Position numbers and translations under genes: made by a program. Under the pieces are notes generated by a model. That model had not been told where the DNA came from and ran no database searches. It saw only the letters and a list, made by a program, of their open reading frames with translations. A stretch of 64,000 bases of DNA from positions 47,206-111,205 of the IMG/VR virus record IMGVR_UViG_3300032323_003835; one strand, 5' to 3'. Source of the stretch: a virus. Positions 49,932 to 58,613 of the stretch are shown one piece after another. Each line of letters begins with the position of its first letter. The first letter of the stretch is position 1.

Positions 49932-50406
49932 ATCGTGTGTGTTTTATGTTGTTCAAATATATGAAACTTTTTCGGGAGGAAAAAACGCGCACAAAAAAAG
50001 AGAGGAACCACCCTCTCTTTTATAACTTACTAACCCTAACCATTTAACTAAACACTGGCAAGTGTTTAATTCTATTGATCCCAAATGTAATCAATAGAAT
50101 CCGTAAATAAAAATTATTTGTCGTTCTTACTATTAATAATATCCGATGCTATCTTTAGCACGAAAGCAATAATACCGGCTGCGAAAGTTATCTTGATTAA
50201 AAAGACAACGACATCTACAAAATTTTCTACGCTCATGATTTTGATTTTACATTATATACCCATTCGGGAAAAAGATTTCAAGCCATATGGATAATCCGCG
50301 AGGGCGCCCCGACTGGGTTTGTACCGAGCGGTTTGGGTTCGATTCATTAGCCCACAAAAAAAGAGCCTCATCTTTCGATGAGACCCTCGGAACTTAAAAC
50401 CAAGTC

Positions 50407-50952
50407 TTATGCCACTCTGAAAATTCTATGGAATTTCTTATCTGGAGAAGTTGCAGAGGTTTTAATTTTGTAAGCGGGAAATTCTTTGTCCGTGATATAC
50501 TTAGCCACGTGAACCATCTTCTGTGGAACCACAAAGGATTGGCCAACCTCCATTTTACCGAAGAGGTTTCTCATTTGATTACGAACTTCTTCGTTTGCAC
50601 CACCTCTTGAAGGAAGTGGAACGTTTGATTCCATTTGGAATAATTGTAATCCCTTTGGTGCCTTTTCAGTTACCATTTGTGATACTTTGGTTGAAGGAGT
50701 TTTGATTGTTTTGATTCCTTTACCTTTTGCGCTAGGGAATCTTCCTTCGATACCTAAGATCCATTTGCGGTTTTTAACTGAGTGTTCAGTGCGACCTAAT
50801 TTGGAAGCCACTGTACCTGCACAGATACCTTTTTCAACTGCCATACGAAGGTAGTTGTCTTCGGCTGCTGACCATTGGGAATTCTTGTTGTCTGCTTGAG
50901 ACTTGTTGCGTCCCATTGGGACACCTTTTTTGGAAAATGTTACGTTTGCCAT
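50407..50952 (-). CDS. Myb-like/HTH DNA-binding protein
   Basis: WSAAEDNYL...VASKLGRTEHSVKNR..ILG; basic overall. Confidence 0.65.
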   Translation of the reverse strand: MANVTFSKKGVPMGRNKSQADNKNSQWSAAEDNYLRMAVEKGICAGTVASKLGRTEHSVKNRKWILGIEGRFPSAKGKGIKTIKTPSTKVSQMVTEKAPKGLQLFQMESNVPLPSRGGANEEVRNQMRNLFGKMEVGQSFVVPQKMVHVAKYITDKEFPAYKIKTSATSPDKKFHRIFRVA

Positions 50953-51031
50953 GTGAGTTAAATTTTTATGGTTTTAAATTATTAACAAGGTAAATATATG
51001 ACCCAAATGCGGAAAGAAAAAATGTTTCCCA

Positions 51032-51520
51032 TTATGTGGTCTTTAGATTTTTTAATGTGGAATGAAATAAATCTAGAAATGCATGGCTCTTCTTATGATT
51101 GTATAGAGAGCAATAGAATCCCCAAATCAAATCACTGAAGGGTACCCAATCTGGATTTTCCTTGGCCTTAAGGTCAATGTAATAAAGAGCTATCTGAAAA
51201 TTATTAAAGTGATTTCCAAATGATCCAACCTCTCTATTAAGGATTTCCAGTTTGTATGCATCTCCTTGACTGTGAATATAATGGTTATAATGATCACTTA
51301 GACTCCTACACATATCTCTAGTGTTTTCATGAACCTTGAAATAAATGTAATCTGAATATATTGGTGCGGTGGCTAGGAAGTGTAGGAAAGCTGCGCACTT
51401 AAGTGAGTAGTCATCCTCTGGATCATTCAGAATACTATTGGAAATAGCATTGATTGATTCCAAAAGAGTTAGACTGTGTGGATCCTGTGGGATCTTTGGG
51501 AATTGAACTTCTTTTGACAT
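51032..51520 (-). CDS. Hypothetical protein
   Basis: Promoter and ACACGAT leader upstream. Confidence 0.6.
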   Translation of the reverse strand: MSKEVQFPKIPQDPHSLTLLESINAISNSILNDPEDDYSLKCAAFLHFLATAPIYSDYIYFKVHENTRDMCRSLSDHYNHYIHSQGDAYKLEILNREVGSFGNHFNNFQIALYYIDLKAKENPDWVPFSDLIWGFYCSLYNHKKSHAFLDLFHSTLKNLKTT

Positions 51521-51739
51521 ATCGTGTGAGTTTTATAACAATGCTAAAGTAATAAAATGTTTCGAAAATAAAAAATGCCTCGGTGAAACATTTCAAAAAA
51601 GTTTCAGATGTTGGAAAGCGCCCAGCCAGCGGTCAGGGCGCCCTCACCAGAAATCCAGCCATATGGCGATTCTCTGTGGGAAAGGCCACAAAAAACCAGA
51701 CACTAGGTCTGGTTTTAAAGTTATAGAATTTGGATTTTA

Positions 51740-52306
51740 TTACATTCTAGCAGCAGGTCCTTCTTCCTCATCATCTCTGAATTGCATGAAGTGTTCCATA
51801 GCTCCTGTTTTTAACTCTTGTCCCCATGATTGAATTTCCATGAATTGATCACCATCAACAAGTTCAACAGCATACATAGTGTCACTATGTTCTCCTACTA
51901 CTTCTCCGTTCCTGTTATAAATAAGGACAGGAGTCTCGTTTCCTTGTAATAGACTAAGATCGTAAGCTGTAGTGATTAAAGCCTGGCCGCCTTCAAATCC
52001 TGGTACGTTAACTGCAGGAAATCCTAGCTGAGCGTCTCCTGGATTTGTTACTTCTGAAATAGAGTCAACTAGCAAATAGATAGAACCTCCTGTTTTAGCT
52101 TTTAAAGATTCTAGAGACTCGCCTAAATCAAATCTGAATGGTAGGTAGTAATCTGATTGTAAGCTTGAAAGATGTTGCCAAATCATGTTTGCTTCTTTAG
52201 CTGGGAAAACTGCAACGTCTACACCTTCGCTAATTACACCAATAACTATCTGTCCTTCCATTGCAGGATCTTCGTTGAAAGCTTCGAATAATTTAATGTG
52301 TTTCAT
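51740..52306 (-). CDS. Acidic hypothetical protein with MKHIKLFE N-terminus
   Basis: GATATATAG upstream; flanked by near-identical intergenic blocks. Confidence 0.7.
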   Translation of the reverse strand: MKHIKLFEAFNEDPAMEGQIVIGVISEGVDVAVFPAKEANMIWQHLSSLQSDYYLPFRFDLGESLESLKAKTGGSIYLLVDSISEVTNPGDAQLGFPAVNVPGFEGGQALITTAYDLSLLQGNETPVLIYNRNGEVVGEHSDTMYAVELVDGDQFMEIQSWGQELKTGAMEHFMQFRDDEEEGPAARM

Positions 52307-52769
52307 TTTTTTTTTATTTTATCTATATATCGATCGTGTTTCTTCTTTTTATTACTGTGCTAATATATGAAAAAATTCCGCGGGGAAAAAATGTGGGATC
52401 TAAAGATTCTAAAGGTTTTCATCCAGCCATTGGTGAGGGCGCCCTGACCAGAAATCCCGCCATATGGCGATTTCCTGTAGGAAAGGCCACAAAAAAATCC
52501 GAGGGATTAGTTCGGATTTTTAAGTGGGTACTTAGTTTTGGTTTTTCCTAGCTATTTTTTATATGAAAATAGATGCATGAATAAGACCTTCCCATCTCTT
52601 GGGCAATCACCTTGATTGCCTTTCCCTCACGTCTCTTCTCCTGAATCAATTCTCTTTGATAGTCAGTTAAGTTTCTTCCTCTCTCTTTCATTTCGGTTAA
52701 TTTGACTTAACATATCAATGGAACCCCAAATAGCAACAAAAGCTAGAAGTGCTAATGCTAAAATTGTTA

Positions 52770-53081
52770 TCATGGCTTAATAGTTGGATTATAACTGTGA
52801 CCTACTCTTTCGTAGGAAACTAAATTTTCCAGGGGTTTGAAAAGATGAAAACAACTCCTCTTGCTAGGATAGCCAAACTTGTCCTGGGTGAAAAGCTGAG
52901 TCTCTCCTTCATTAACAACATAGCTAGCGTTAACTGCTGGAATGGTAATGTGGGTAAATCGGTTCGGTGCTTTTCCCGCAGTGTTCCAAATCTCATACTC
53001 TCCAGACTGTAAGATTACCTCTGGCATCTTTACCGGATCTTCCTGGCTTAGATATTCTTTAAGTGTCATTCGTCGTCCCAA
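52770..53081 (-). CDS. Hypothetical protein
   Basis: Operon member. Confidence 0.5.
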   Translation of the reverse strand: MGRRMTLKEYLSQEDPVKMPEVILQSGEYEIWNTAGKAPNRFTHITIPAVNASYVVNEGETQLFTQDKFGYPSKRSCFHLFKPLENLVSYERVGHSYNPTIKP

Positions 53082-53320
53082 TTTAAAGAGTCAATAATTT
53101 CCATACCGTAAACATCACCCTGACTTCCAAATCCGAAATCACTTAGGTTGTTAATACGACATAGTAGTGTCTTGTAATCGTCCCAACCAACTTCCTCTCG
53201 GTTGTTAACGGCATCGCTCCAGGATTTCACCTTCTTATCAAAGATGTATTGGGCGTCTTCTAATTTTCCAAAGAGAGCATATGAATCTCCATCTGGATCC
53301 AGGTTAAAGATGATATACAT
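53066..53320 (-). CDS. Hypothetical protein
   Basis: Operon member. Confidence 0.55.
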   Translation of the reverse strand: MYIIFNLDPDGDSYALFGKLEDAQYIFDKKVKSWSDAVNNREEVGWDDYKTLLCRINNLSDFGFGSQGDVYGMEIIDSLNWDDE

Positions 53321-53324
53321 GGGC

Positions 53325-53531
53325 TTAGTATTTAATTGTGTCTAGAATCGAAAAGATATAGTGCGTTGCCCTATTCAAATCCCCTTCGGTTTCATTCACC
53401 CACATGGAGACTTCTTCAACGAGTTCTCCTAAGGTTTCGCAATTCATTAATGTACCCACGTACTCGGTTGAGTGCCCGCGTTCAGCTTCTACCGTAGCGA
53501 AGCTTTCGATGATGGTTTTTACTAGTGTCAT
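53325..53531 (-). CDS. Hypothetical protein
   Basis: Start at MTLVK (53531), below the promoter. Confidence 0.55.
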   Translation of the reverse strand: MTLVKTIIESFATVEAERGHSTEYVGTLMNCETLGELVEEVSMWVNETEGDLNRATHYIFSILDTIKY

Positions 53532-53601
53532 AATTGTCGTGTTTTTAATTACCAGACAAATATACAACCCATCCGCGGAAATTTAAAATGTGCCCGGAAA
53601 A

Positions 53602-53853
53602 TTAAAGGGAAGCTCCTAGTGGAATAACAGGAACGTCATAGGCACCAAATACCTTTTTGCGATAACGCTCGTAGATATGACCTTCACGTATAGATTTGGA
53701 TTCAAGGTCAATTAGAAAATAGGAATAAGCTCTATCGTTTTTAACGTCAGCAAAAAGTATCTTGCCTTCTTGCTTTAGAGGTACTTGAATTAATTTACCG
53801 AGTGGGCGTCGCCCAAAGTTAAGTAAACGGCTTCGAAGTTCTGAACTTGTCAT
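53602..53853 (-). CDS. Hypothetical protein
   Basis: 83-aa ORF. Confidence 0.5.
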   Translation of the reverse strand: MTSSELRSRLLNFGRRPLGKLIQVPLKQEGKILFADVKNDRAYSYFLIDLESKSIREGHIYERYRKKVFGAYDVPVIPLGASL

Positions 53854-53992
53854 TAAATTACTTTTTAGTTAAGAATTACATTGCTTCTAATCATTCCGCA
53901 AATATAACACTTATATTTTGGTATGTTCCTATGAGTTTCAAACTTTTTCATCATATGTTTAACTTTTTTCTAATTCCGTTAAACACATTTCT

Positions 53993-54208
53993 TTAAATCG
54001 CCCCAGTTTGTTCCTCATTCAGGGTTTGCCACTCATCAGGATGAGAGCTGTACTTTACTAGGGCTTGAACATAGAGAGCTCCATTAGAACTAAGTGAAAC
54101 TGCGGGTTGACCCCAGGGTTGCCAACCTTCATCAATGGCTAGGTTAACATCCTTCTCCAAGTCCGCCGCTGTGTAATTCGATTTGACTATTTTATATTCT
54201 GTTATCAT
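53993..54208 (-). CDS. DUF1737-like small protein
   Basis: YKIV...LEKDVNLAIDEGWQPWG...YVQALVK. Confidence 0.7.
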   Translation of the reverse strand: MITEYKIVKSNYTAADLEKDVNLAIDEGWQPWGQPAVSLSSNGALYVQALVKYSSHPDEWQTLNEEQTGAI

Positions 54209-54700
54209 TTACATCCAATAAGCTAGGACACCTCTTTTAATCACATATCCAATACTTAACTCCTCTAATGCCTTTAGGTCCTTAGCAAACTTCGTCTTGA
54301 GAATTTCCTCTGCTCCATCTAACTGAGGGAGTTTACTTATGATACCAAACCCGTTGTCTTCATAGTACTTACCCCATTTGCCACTTTTGTGAGGGATTAG
54401 AATCTTGTCTAGTTCTTCACATCCCCAACCAAATCCATTTGGCCAATTAAAGACGTCAGAGAATTCATGTTCGACATCTGCCATGTCCCAACGTTTCTCA
54501 GCCTTGAGCTTCTCTACTATGAGTTGAATAGGCTTGCCACATGAAGGACAGAACTTAGCTTTCGTGGTCAAGTACTCATGATCGCACTTCTTCTTGCAAT
54601 CGGGGGTAGAGAATCTTTCATTCTCGACTTCTTCCCAAACAATAGGGAGCTTTGTTACTTCTATATAAGCTCCAACATAAACCATTAAATCTTGTGACAT
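54209..54700 (-). CDS. Zinc-ribbon-containing hypothetical protein
   Basis: KFCPSCGKP. Confidence 0.6.
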   Translation of the reverse strand: MSQDLMVYVGAYIEVTKLPIVWEEVENERFSTPDCKKKCDHEYLTTKAKFCPSCGKPIQLIVEKLKAEKRWDMADVEHEFSDVFNWPNGFGWGCEELDKILIPHKSGKWGKYYEDNGFGIISKLPQLDGAEEILKTKFAKDLKALEELSIGYVIKRGVLAYWM

Positions 54701-54752
54701 ATGTGTGTTTTAGAAGGTAAAAGTAAAGCCCGTGGGCGGATTAAAAAAATGC

Positions 54753-55004
54753 CTAGAGAACTTCTCCCATTCGCTTGGGAATAATCTTATATGCCCAGGC
54801 CTCCTCAAAATCGTCTGCTAGCTCCTCCTCATCCTCACCTACCCAGTCCGCTTTGACTTGGTCATATAGATGCTCTTCCGAGTCCGCTCGCCAAAGACTA
54901 ACATTACTATCCTCGGTGTCTTCTTCATCTACTGAGATAACTGCCCAAAGGATTTTTCCTTCTCCGTGGGGTTGGCCCCAATCAAGGTTTAATCTAATTT
55001 CCAT
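54753..55004 (-). CDS. Acidic hypothetical protein
   Basis: Operon member. Confidence 0.55.
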   Translation of the reverse strand: MEIRLNLDWGQPHGEGKILWAVISVDEEDTEDSNVSLWRADSEEHLYDQVKADWVGEDEEELADDFEEAWAYKIIPKRMGEVL

Positions 55005-55186
55005 TGTTCTCTTAATTTAGTGGTGAAATGAATGATAGAGTCTAGGCTCTTATTAAGAGCTACTAGTTCTTTTACCTTTACGTCCTCAGGCAAGTCAGGT
55101 TGCATAAGGTTGTGTGTCTTCTCTAAGACTGTAGCGGAATGGTACTGGATTTTGGGTAGGTACCCGTGTTCATACTTTTTTGACAT
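54989..55186 (-). CDS. Hypothetical protein, first gene of the leftward cassette block
   Basis: Start at MSKKYE (55186), below a canonical promoter. Confidence 0.6.
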   Translation of the reverse strand: MSKKYEHGYLPKIQYHSATVLEKTHNLMQPDLPEDVKVKELVALNKSLDSIIHFTTKLREQWKLD

Positions 55187-55259
55187 GGTCGTGTGTGTTT
55201 TAATTACAAGGCAAATATAAGAATGAACCCCGCATAATAAAAATGTATCGGGGAAAATG

Positions 55260-56500
55260 CGGGAACAGGCCTCGCTCAGTGAGGGCGCCCACACATCCTT
55301 TTGGGTGCTAGCCAAAATGGATGTGTGAACGGGGATTTTTAGGAATTCCCCGCTGGTCATTTTTAGACTCCGTCGCTACTCAGTTTTAGACCCAGGATAT
55401 GGTCATGGGGTGAGGGCACCTCGGCTAAGAAAAGACGGGGAATTCCAAAGAGAATTCGTACCCCCGAAACTTTTTTATGAAACTTTTGTTACGGGTTCTT
55501 TTCGGGGAGAATCCAAGGTATATCCCCAGAAAGTGAGGGCGCCCCAACAGATTTTTGCCCATTTCGGTTTTTTCGCCCACTCCACAGGATTTCCCGTAGC
55601 ATACAGGGATTCTCTCAGAGGGAGGGAAGCGGGGAGCTCTCGGATACCTACCGGGGAGCACTCACCAAGAAATATAGGGCAATGCCCTGTATTTCTAGAT
55701 CTCTGAGTTAGATCCTTATATCTAGGATTAACTTCGTCGGGGCACCCTCGCAGACAATCGTTGACTCCCGCAACTATCCCTGTTCTCCCAGGGTTCTCCT
55801 GGTTCTTCCCAGACTTCCCAGAGGTCTAGGACTTAGTGGAAAGAATTCCTAGAAAATCTGGGTTATACTGGAAAGAATTCGTGAAGGCACCCCCGCATCT
55901 AAGTCCTTATTGGAAAAAATTTCGGGGCGGCTTCACCGAGAGAATTCAAGGATTACCGTGATAAATTTCGGTAGGGATCCAGGATACCATGCCCTATGGG
56001 GTCCCCCGGGGAGCCCCCTGTCCAAAACGCACGCAGAGGAGGGGGTTACTCAAGAGCACTTTTAGGGGTCTTCTAACGAGGTCTTCTCTAAGTCTGCCCA
56101 AGGGTGTCTTATATAGGGTTTTTTAATCGTACGGGTATTTTTTGACACTTTTCCCCACTTCTTACCACTTTGCCACACTATCCGCCTCGATATACGGGGT
56201 ATTATGTAAGATATCCAAGTAATGCCCTAGTCTGCCCCGTTCTACGCCTCAATACGGGGCGACTACAAGACTTTACGGGGCGAATCATAGTCTAATACGG
56301 GGCGAGAATTCGAGGCGTGCTATATGGTGTTTAAATGAGGGTAATAGAAGGATGGGATGCCACAAAAAGACCCCTTGAAAGGGGTCCTGGGTAAGACCCT
56401 ATTGCTAGGGTCTAGGTGATTTTGCTTCTTATATATCACGGCCATAGGCCTAGGCGTTGGAGCGGATTCTAGGGGCTTGATCCTGGATGGTCTAAGGGAG
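55260..56500. other. GC-rich non-coding right boundary of the cassette block
   Basis: About 1.2 kb without a credible ORF; six palindromes, G/C runs and TACGGGGCGA repeats; divergent transcription on either side. Confidence 0.7.
56193..56305 (+). repeat. Iteron-like direct repeats TACGGGG(CGA)
   Basis: Copies at 56193, 56253, 56274, 56296; an inverted partial copy at ~56234. Confidence 0.65.
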
Positions 56501-56533
56501 TCTCTGGATATATAATGAAAATAATACAGCAAC

Positions 56534-56887
56534 ATGAAACATCTAAGAGTCTTTGAAGCCAATGCATGGCCTGTTCAGGAAGATGCACTACCTAAGGATA
56601 ATATGTCCTCTAAAAAAGGAGAGCACACCAAGAAGATGGCTAACTTCTTTAACAAGTATTATAAAATGAATCTTCCACTAGACGGCAACGCGAAGAATCC
56701 GGAATACATCAAAGCTTTTACTAGATTCTGTACCGAGAAAAAGATTACCATCTGGACATGTAAGCCAGGCGATGGCTGGTGTTCAGACGCACAAGCAGGT
56801 GAGGTAACTATCAAAGACCCAATTGCTAAATCAAAATTTGATAAGATCCTTAAAAACACTTTGCTTACCTTACTGATGAAACCTTAG
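56534..56887 (+). CDS. Hypothetical protein with MKHLRVFE N-terminus
   Basis: GGATATATAA upstream; hairpin terminator at 56912-56940. Confidence 0.65.
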   Translation: MKHLRVFEANAWPVQEDALPKDNMSSKKGEHTKKMANFFNKYYKMNLPLDGNAKNPEYIKAFTRFCTEKKITIWTCKPGDGWCSDAQAGEVTIKDPIAKSKFDKILKNTLLTLLMKP

Positions 56888-56959
56888 GGTTCGACCTTAT
56901 TATAACACACCAAAAAGGCTTAGATGATTCTAAGCCTTTTCTTTGATTTATATATTCCC

Positions 56960-57520
56960 TTAAGCCTGTAGGTCTTTTAGACTTATGGTCTGCTTATCTG
57001 CTGGGAGTTCGTCTAGCATCTTTCCAATCTCGTCCCATTTGGATGGACCTTCATCTTGTGGCTCTCTTACGTATGCCGGGGTATCTTCTACCTTCTCCTC
57101 AGGAGGAAGCTTCTCTACCGGGATTGTCCCTAGTACCTTAATGGCAGATGGTGGTATACCCTGGTTGGTGTAGATTGCTACATAGGATAGAGAACTATCT
57201 GGATCCGCATAGAACTTATGATCGGTCAATTGTGGCAGATCTATCTCTAGTATATGGTATTTCTTTACCCTGTCCTTATATGAGCTAGAATGCCATAGAT
57301 CCCTCGCTAGGGTCTTAAGCGAGCTCGAAGGATTGAGATAAAGGTAGATTCTCTCTGGATGGGGAGCTAGCTTGCTTTCTGTGCGGGGTGTGAGTCCTTC
57401 TTTCTGGATACTCCCTAGGTAGATGTCCGGAGTAAGATGATAAGCCTTCTTCTTGCTTGGGAATATCTCCATTTCCTCTGTTGGGAAAAGAAAGTTCTCA
57501 TATAGTAGGATGTGTTTCAT
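56960..57520 (-). CDS. ADP-ribosyltransferase-like (Tpt1/KptA-type fold) protein with MKHILLYE N-terminus
   Basis: AYHLT...SIQKEGLTP...RIYL...ILEID...IPPSAI pattern. Confidence 0.55.
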   Translation of the reverse strand: MKHILLYENFLFPTEEMEIFPSKKKAYHLTPDIYLGSIQKEGLTPRTESKLAPHPERIYLYLNPSSSLKTLARDLWHSSSYKDRVKKYHILEIDLPQLTDHKFYADPDSSLSYVAIYTNQGIPPSAIKVLGTIPVEKLPPEEKVEDTPAYVREPQDEGPSKWDEIGKMLDELPADKQTISLKDLQA

Positions 57521-57754
57521 GTCCTTATATATTCCCGAACTTATGCCTTGGACGGATTAATATTTGCCTGGCCCGAAATAAGGTTTGAGCTGATGCCGAT
57601 TAGGGTACTTGCCGCTCTTGTGGTAGGGTCTTACTCCTAGTCTTCTGGATTTCTTGTGTAATATGACACAGCCACCTGCAAGAAGGGAAACAATTAGAAA
57701 TATGATGAGTTTTTTCATGGGGGTTTTTTATTATATATTCGAAGTCCGAATATA

Positions 57755-57955
57755 CTAACTACCCCCACATTGGGTGGTTGGCAATTCCCCAATCTCACAG
57801 TCTGCTAGGTAAAGAGCACCCGCAATCTTAGTCATTTGTTCTCTCGTTAGGGTGTAGCTCTCTTGCTCGTAAAGGACTGTGGTGCCTCCATGGTCATCGA
57901 ATCCTTCCATGATTTGGCGAGCCTCATTAATTGCTTTTTGTGCCGCTGATTCCAT
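57755..57955 (-). CDS. Hypothetical protein
   Basis: Promoter-like motif upstream. Confidence 0.5.
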   Translation of the reverse strand: MESAAQKAINEARQIMEGFDDHGGTTVLYEQESYTLTREQMTKIAGALYLADCEIGELPTTQCGGS

Positions 57956-58068
57956 CGTGTTTCATTTTTTGATTGAGTATTTTTATTTACGTATGGATCA
58001 AATTTATGAAATTTTCCAGGTAGTAAAAAATGTACGTGATATGACTGGGTTTAGTTAAGCAACGACAG

Positions 58069-58362
58069 CTACCCTTCCTTCACATTTCTGACCGGTAGAA
58101 GGAGATTGAGATTATCCAGAGGGTTGAGATACGTATTGCCTGTGTGAAATCCCTTGCTCCAAGCCCAGTCCTGGTCTTTCTTCTCTCCCCAGACACCATA
58201 ATTTCCTAGCGTGAGCCTGTCTTCCTGGCCTAACTGATGAATGTAGTCTAGTTCCTCTATTGTGGGTAGTCTCCATCCTCCTCCCAGTGATTGACAAAGA
58301 TCATGAGCTTCTTGCCATGTCCTGTACTCGTGGATTGTGTGGGGGTAAATCTCTATGCTCAT
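58069..58362 (-). CDS. DUF1566 (Lcl C-terminal)-like protein
   Basis: TWQEA...C..LGGGWRLPTIEEL...W...AW...PVR. Confidence 0.75.
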   Translation of the reverse strand: MSIEIYPHTIHEYRTWQEAHDLCQSLGGGWRLPTIEELDYIHQLGQEDRLTLGNYGVWGEKKDQDWAWSKGFHTGNTYLNPLDNLNLLLPVRNVKEG

Positions 58363-58373
58363 ATCTTGTGGAT

Positions 58374-58613
58374 CTAGAATAATGCCTTACTTCTAGGTAA
58401 TTCTGCTGTGGACTGACTGTCTGCTTTCGAATCAGGAAATCCTTCCCTTCTAATCTCAAGTATGCGTTGGTTCCTTTCTATCATGTTTGCCATGGTTGCT
58501 TTGATCCATGCATCATAGGATACCTTAATAGTGTATTCCTTCCACTCTTGGGTGGTTGTCTCATTTGGATGAGTCTGTTCTATCAGTAGTCTTACCTTCT
58601 CTTCCTTTCTCAT
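58374..58613 (-). CDS. Hypothetical protein
   Basis: ACACAC leader upstream. Confidence 0.55.
   Translation of the reverse strand: MRKEEKVRLLIEQTHPNETTTQEWKEYTIKVSYDAWIKATMANMIERNQRILEIRREGFPDSKADSQSTAELPRSKALF

Larger units (their letters stand above)
33345..52520 (-). terminator. Repeated intrinsic terminators ending TTTTTTGTG(G) (about 20 copies)
   Basis: Plus strand (C)CACAAAAAA plus hairpin at e.g. 34496-34530, 35140-35168, 35618-35652, 36175-36201, 36740-36772, 38177-38210, 38672-38709, 39472-39505, 40547-40582, 51686-51716, 52487-52520. Confidence 0.8.
33835..55250 (-). promoter_or_regulatory. Repeated early-type promoter (about 25-30 copies): CATTTTT...CG(C/G)G...TA(T/C)(A/T)TTT(G/A)
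   Basis: Plus-strand form CAAATATA-n-CG...AAAAATG at e.g. 35393, 37105, 37991, 38939, 39850, 40914, 44474, 49954, 53557, 55213; the proximal element matches the Bacteroidota sigma70 -7 consensus TAnnTTTG. Confidence 0.75.
32994..55936. repeat. Dispersed degenerate 16-bp palindrome GTGAGGGCGCCCTCAC, about 39 intergenic copies
   Basis: Copies start at 32994, 33048, 33112, 33167, 33220, 33293, 34397, 34450, 35037, 35090, 35458, 36162, 36639, 36693, 37230, 37283, 38076, 38130, 38627, 39006, 39324, 39423, 39934, 40425, 40498, 41745, 43614, 44890, 46203, 48298, 50298, 51632, 52433, 55279, 55410, 55533, 55736, 55881, 55921. Confidence 0.9.

Noticed and set aside
33345-55294. Classical integron with attC sites
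   Set aside because: No integrase in the window, no RYYYAAC/GTTRRRY ends noticed, and the cassettes carry their own promoters; kept only as an analogy
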